Shown here in pieces: positions 62,515 through 64,000 of a stretch of 64,000 bases of DNA. A program made the position numbers and the translations under genes. The DNA lies in the NCBI GenBank assembly GCA_051362555.1, contig CM120640.1, positions 15,128,001-15,192,000 of the forward strand, written 5' to 3'. Every line of letters starts with the position of its first letter. The stretch's first letter is position 1. The notes under the pieces were generated by a model, which made no database searches, was not told the DNA's origin, and was given only the letters and a program-made list of their open reading frames with translations. Origin of the DNA: Lingula anatina (lineage: Eukaryota > Animalia > Brachiopoda).

Positions 62515-64000
62515 TTTAGTTAATTACTTGGAGTGTTTCTCTCTGTAGTTTTGCAAGCATATTTAAGTGAATACTATCAACAAGTAAGGACATGGATCAC
62601 AGTGTTGCCTTGTTTATTATCTAAGAAACCTAGTTCACTGAAACAAACCTTGCTTACTTAAATAAACTTCATATGTTGGGGAAAATCATAAGGAGAGTGC
62701 TTTTGATGTTCTAATCCGGCCAAGCAGTTTGAACATGCTCTTTCTGTTAAAAATCTTATAGGAAATGCTAGATATCTGAAACAATAGAGATCTAATCAAT
62801 GTTTGATAATAACTGTATGTTTTAAATGTGTTCACTGATAGCATTCTCCTTGGCAACATTACTTTATCCTGTTGGACTTCCCCTAAATACGAGTCATATT
62901 TGGCCTAACTAAAAGCCAGAAAGAATTACATGTTTATATTTGTTTTATTTAGTAGCTTTTCTTTTTTAAGTGCTTGAAAGTTTAGATATGGAAACTTGAA
63001 TATCAGATAAAGCAAATATGTGCAATAATGCGACAAATACACAGGCAGTAATTATTTTTTGCTTGGATTCTTTTATTTCTGTGAAAGTGTTTATAAGCCA
63101 ATGGTTGAGATTCTCCAACTTGACATTGTTAATTGTTGTAGGTCATTTGTCAAATTTGCTTGTAGAATTTGATACAAGAGTAGATATAAATGTAGCATCT
63201 CGTTGCTTTTGTACAAAGCATGTTGATTCATAGAGGTATTTCCCATATTTGTGGACATCATAGACTGGTCTCTGATTCACCGTATTGTAAACTGTATAAT
63301 AACCATTCAGTCAATTATGGTTGTCATGAAAATGCCTACATTCACCACTGCTAATATAATAATAGCCAATTATATTTGTATTGTGGAGAGACCTAGGTTT
63401 TTGTAAGCATCTTTTTAATATTCCCGTACAGATTTGTGCAGCTTGATAATGGGTAGGATATTGACAATCCACATTTTGAATTTATGCTGTAAAGTTATTG
63501 TTTTACATCTGGCCTTTAATGGGAACTCCATTGATGCAGTGTATGAACAATTATGTAATGCTGAAACCGAATATGATTTTCAGTGGAAATATTTTTATTC
63601 GAAATAAACAATACAATTTGCATCGTGTACAGCAAAATAAAATCAATATAAACATCAAGTTTGTCTTGTGTATTTACACATTTCTAAACATACCAGTACT
63701 GGTCACAATCAACCCATACCAAATGTAGACTTCACGACAAGCAAAATTGTAATTTGTCAAATTCTTCTTTATTCCTGGCTAATCTGCAGCATGCCTTCTT
63801 AGATGTTGAGTAAACTCTTTTACTTGATAAAATTCCAGTCACTGAAATAAGGATGCAAAAAGTTATCCAAGTTATGACTCAAACAATCAAAAAGCCAAGT
63901 TTTGTCACTGTATTTGTACTTATACTACAAGGGTATTGTATCGGAATATCAGTCGTAAGTGGCCGATGCCAACTGCTGCCATTGCCCATAACTACTGCTC

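Noticed and set aside
63732-64000. Possible terminal exon(s) of a further minus-strand gene (TGILSSKRVYSTSKKACCRLARNKEEFDKLQFCLS*)
   Set aside because: An acceptor-like site exists at 63842, but the peptide is short and unrecognised and no upstream exon can be confirmed in the window

Overview
AT-rich, intron-rich animal (probably marine invertebrate) genomic DNA. It holds three host genes: the RGG-rich last coding exon of SERBP1/HABP4 (+, to 314); a complete 17-coding-exon SLC4A11-like anion/borate transporter (-, 42388..1622, about 808 aa); and a complete 23-coding-exon FCHO1/2 (F-BAR plus mu-homology domain) gene (+, 43576..61094, about 917 aa), which shares a short bidirectional promoter with the SLC4A11-like gene. 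The SLC4A11 introns are filled with nested non-autonomous elements (Helentron-type elements with 146-bp and 160-bp arrays; TA-, TTAA-, TWA-, 5-bp- and 8-bp-TSD MITEs). The most unusual object is a Gypsy/Metaviridae-type element at 19215..28361. It has a tRNA-Ser PBS, a PNMA-like gag, a -1 frameshift cassette and a truncated protease, but its two 374-bp LTRs are INVERTED, and the whole unit is flanked by a clean 4-bp TAAT target-site duplication. All coordinates and translations were derived by hand; no database searches were run.
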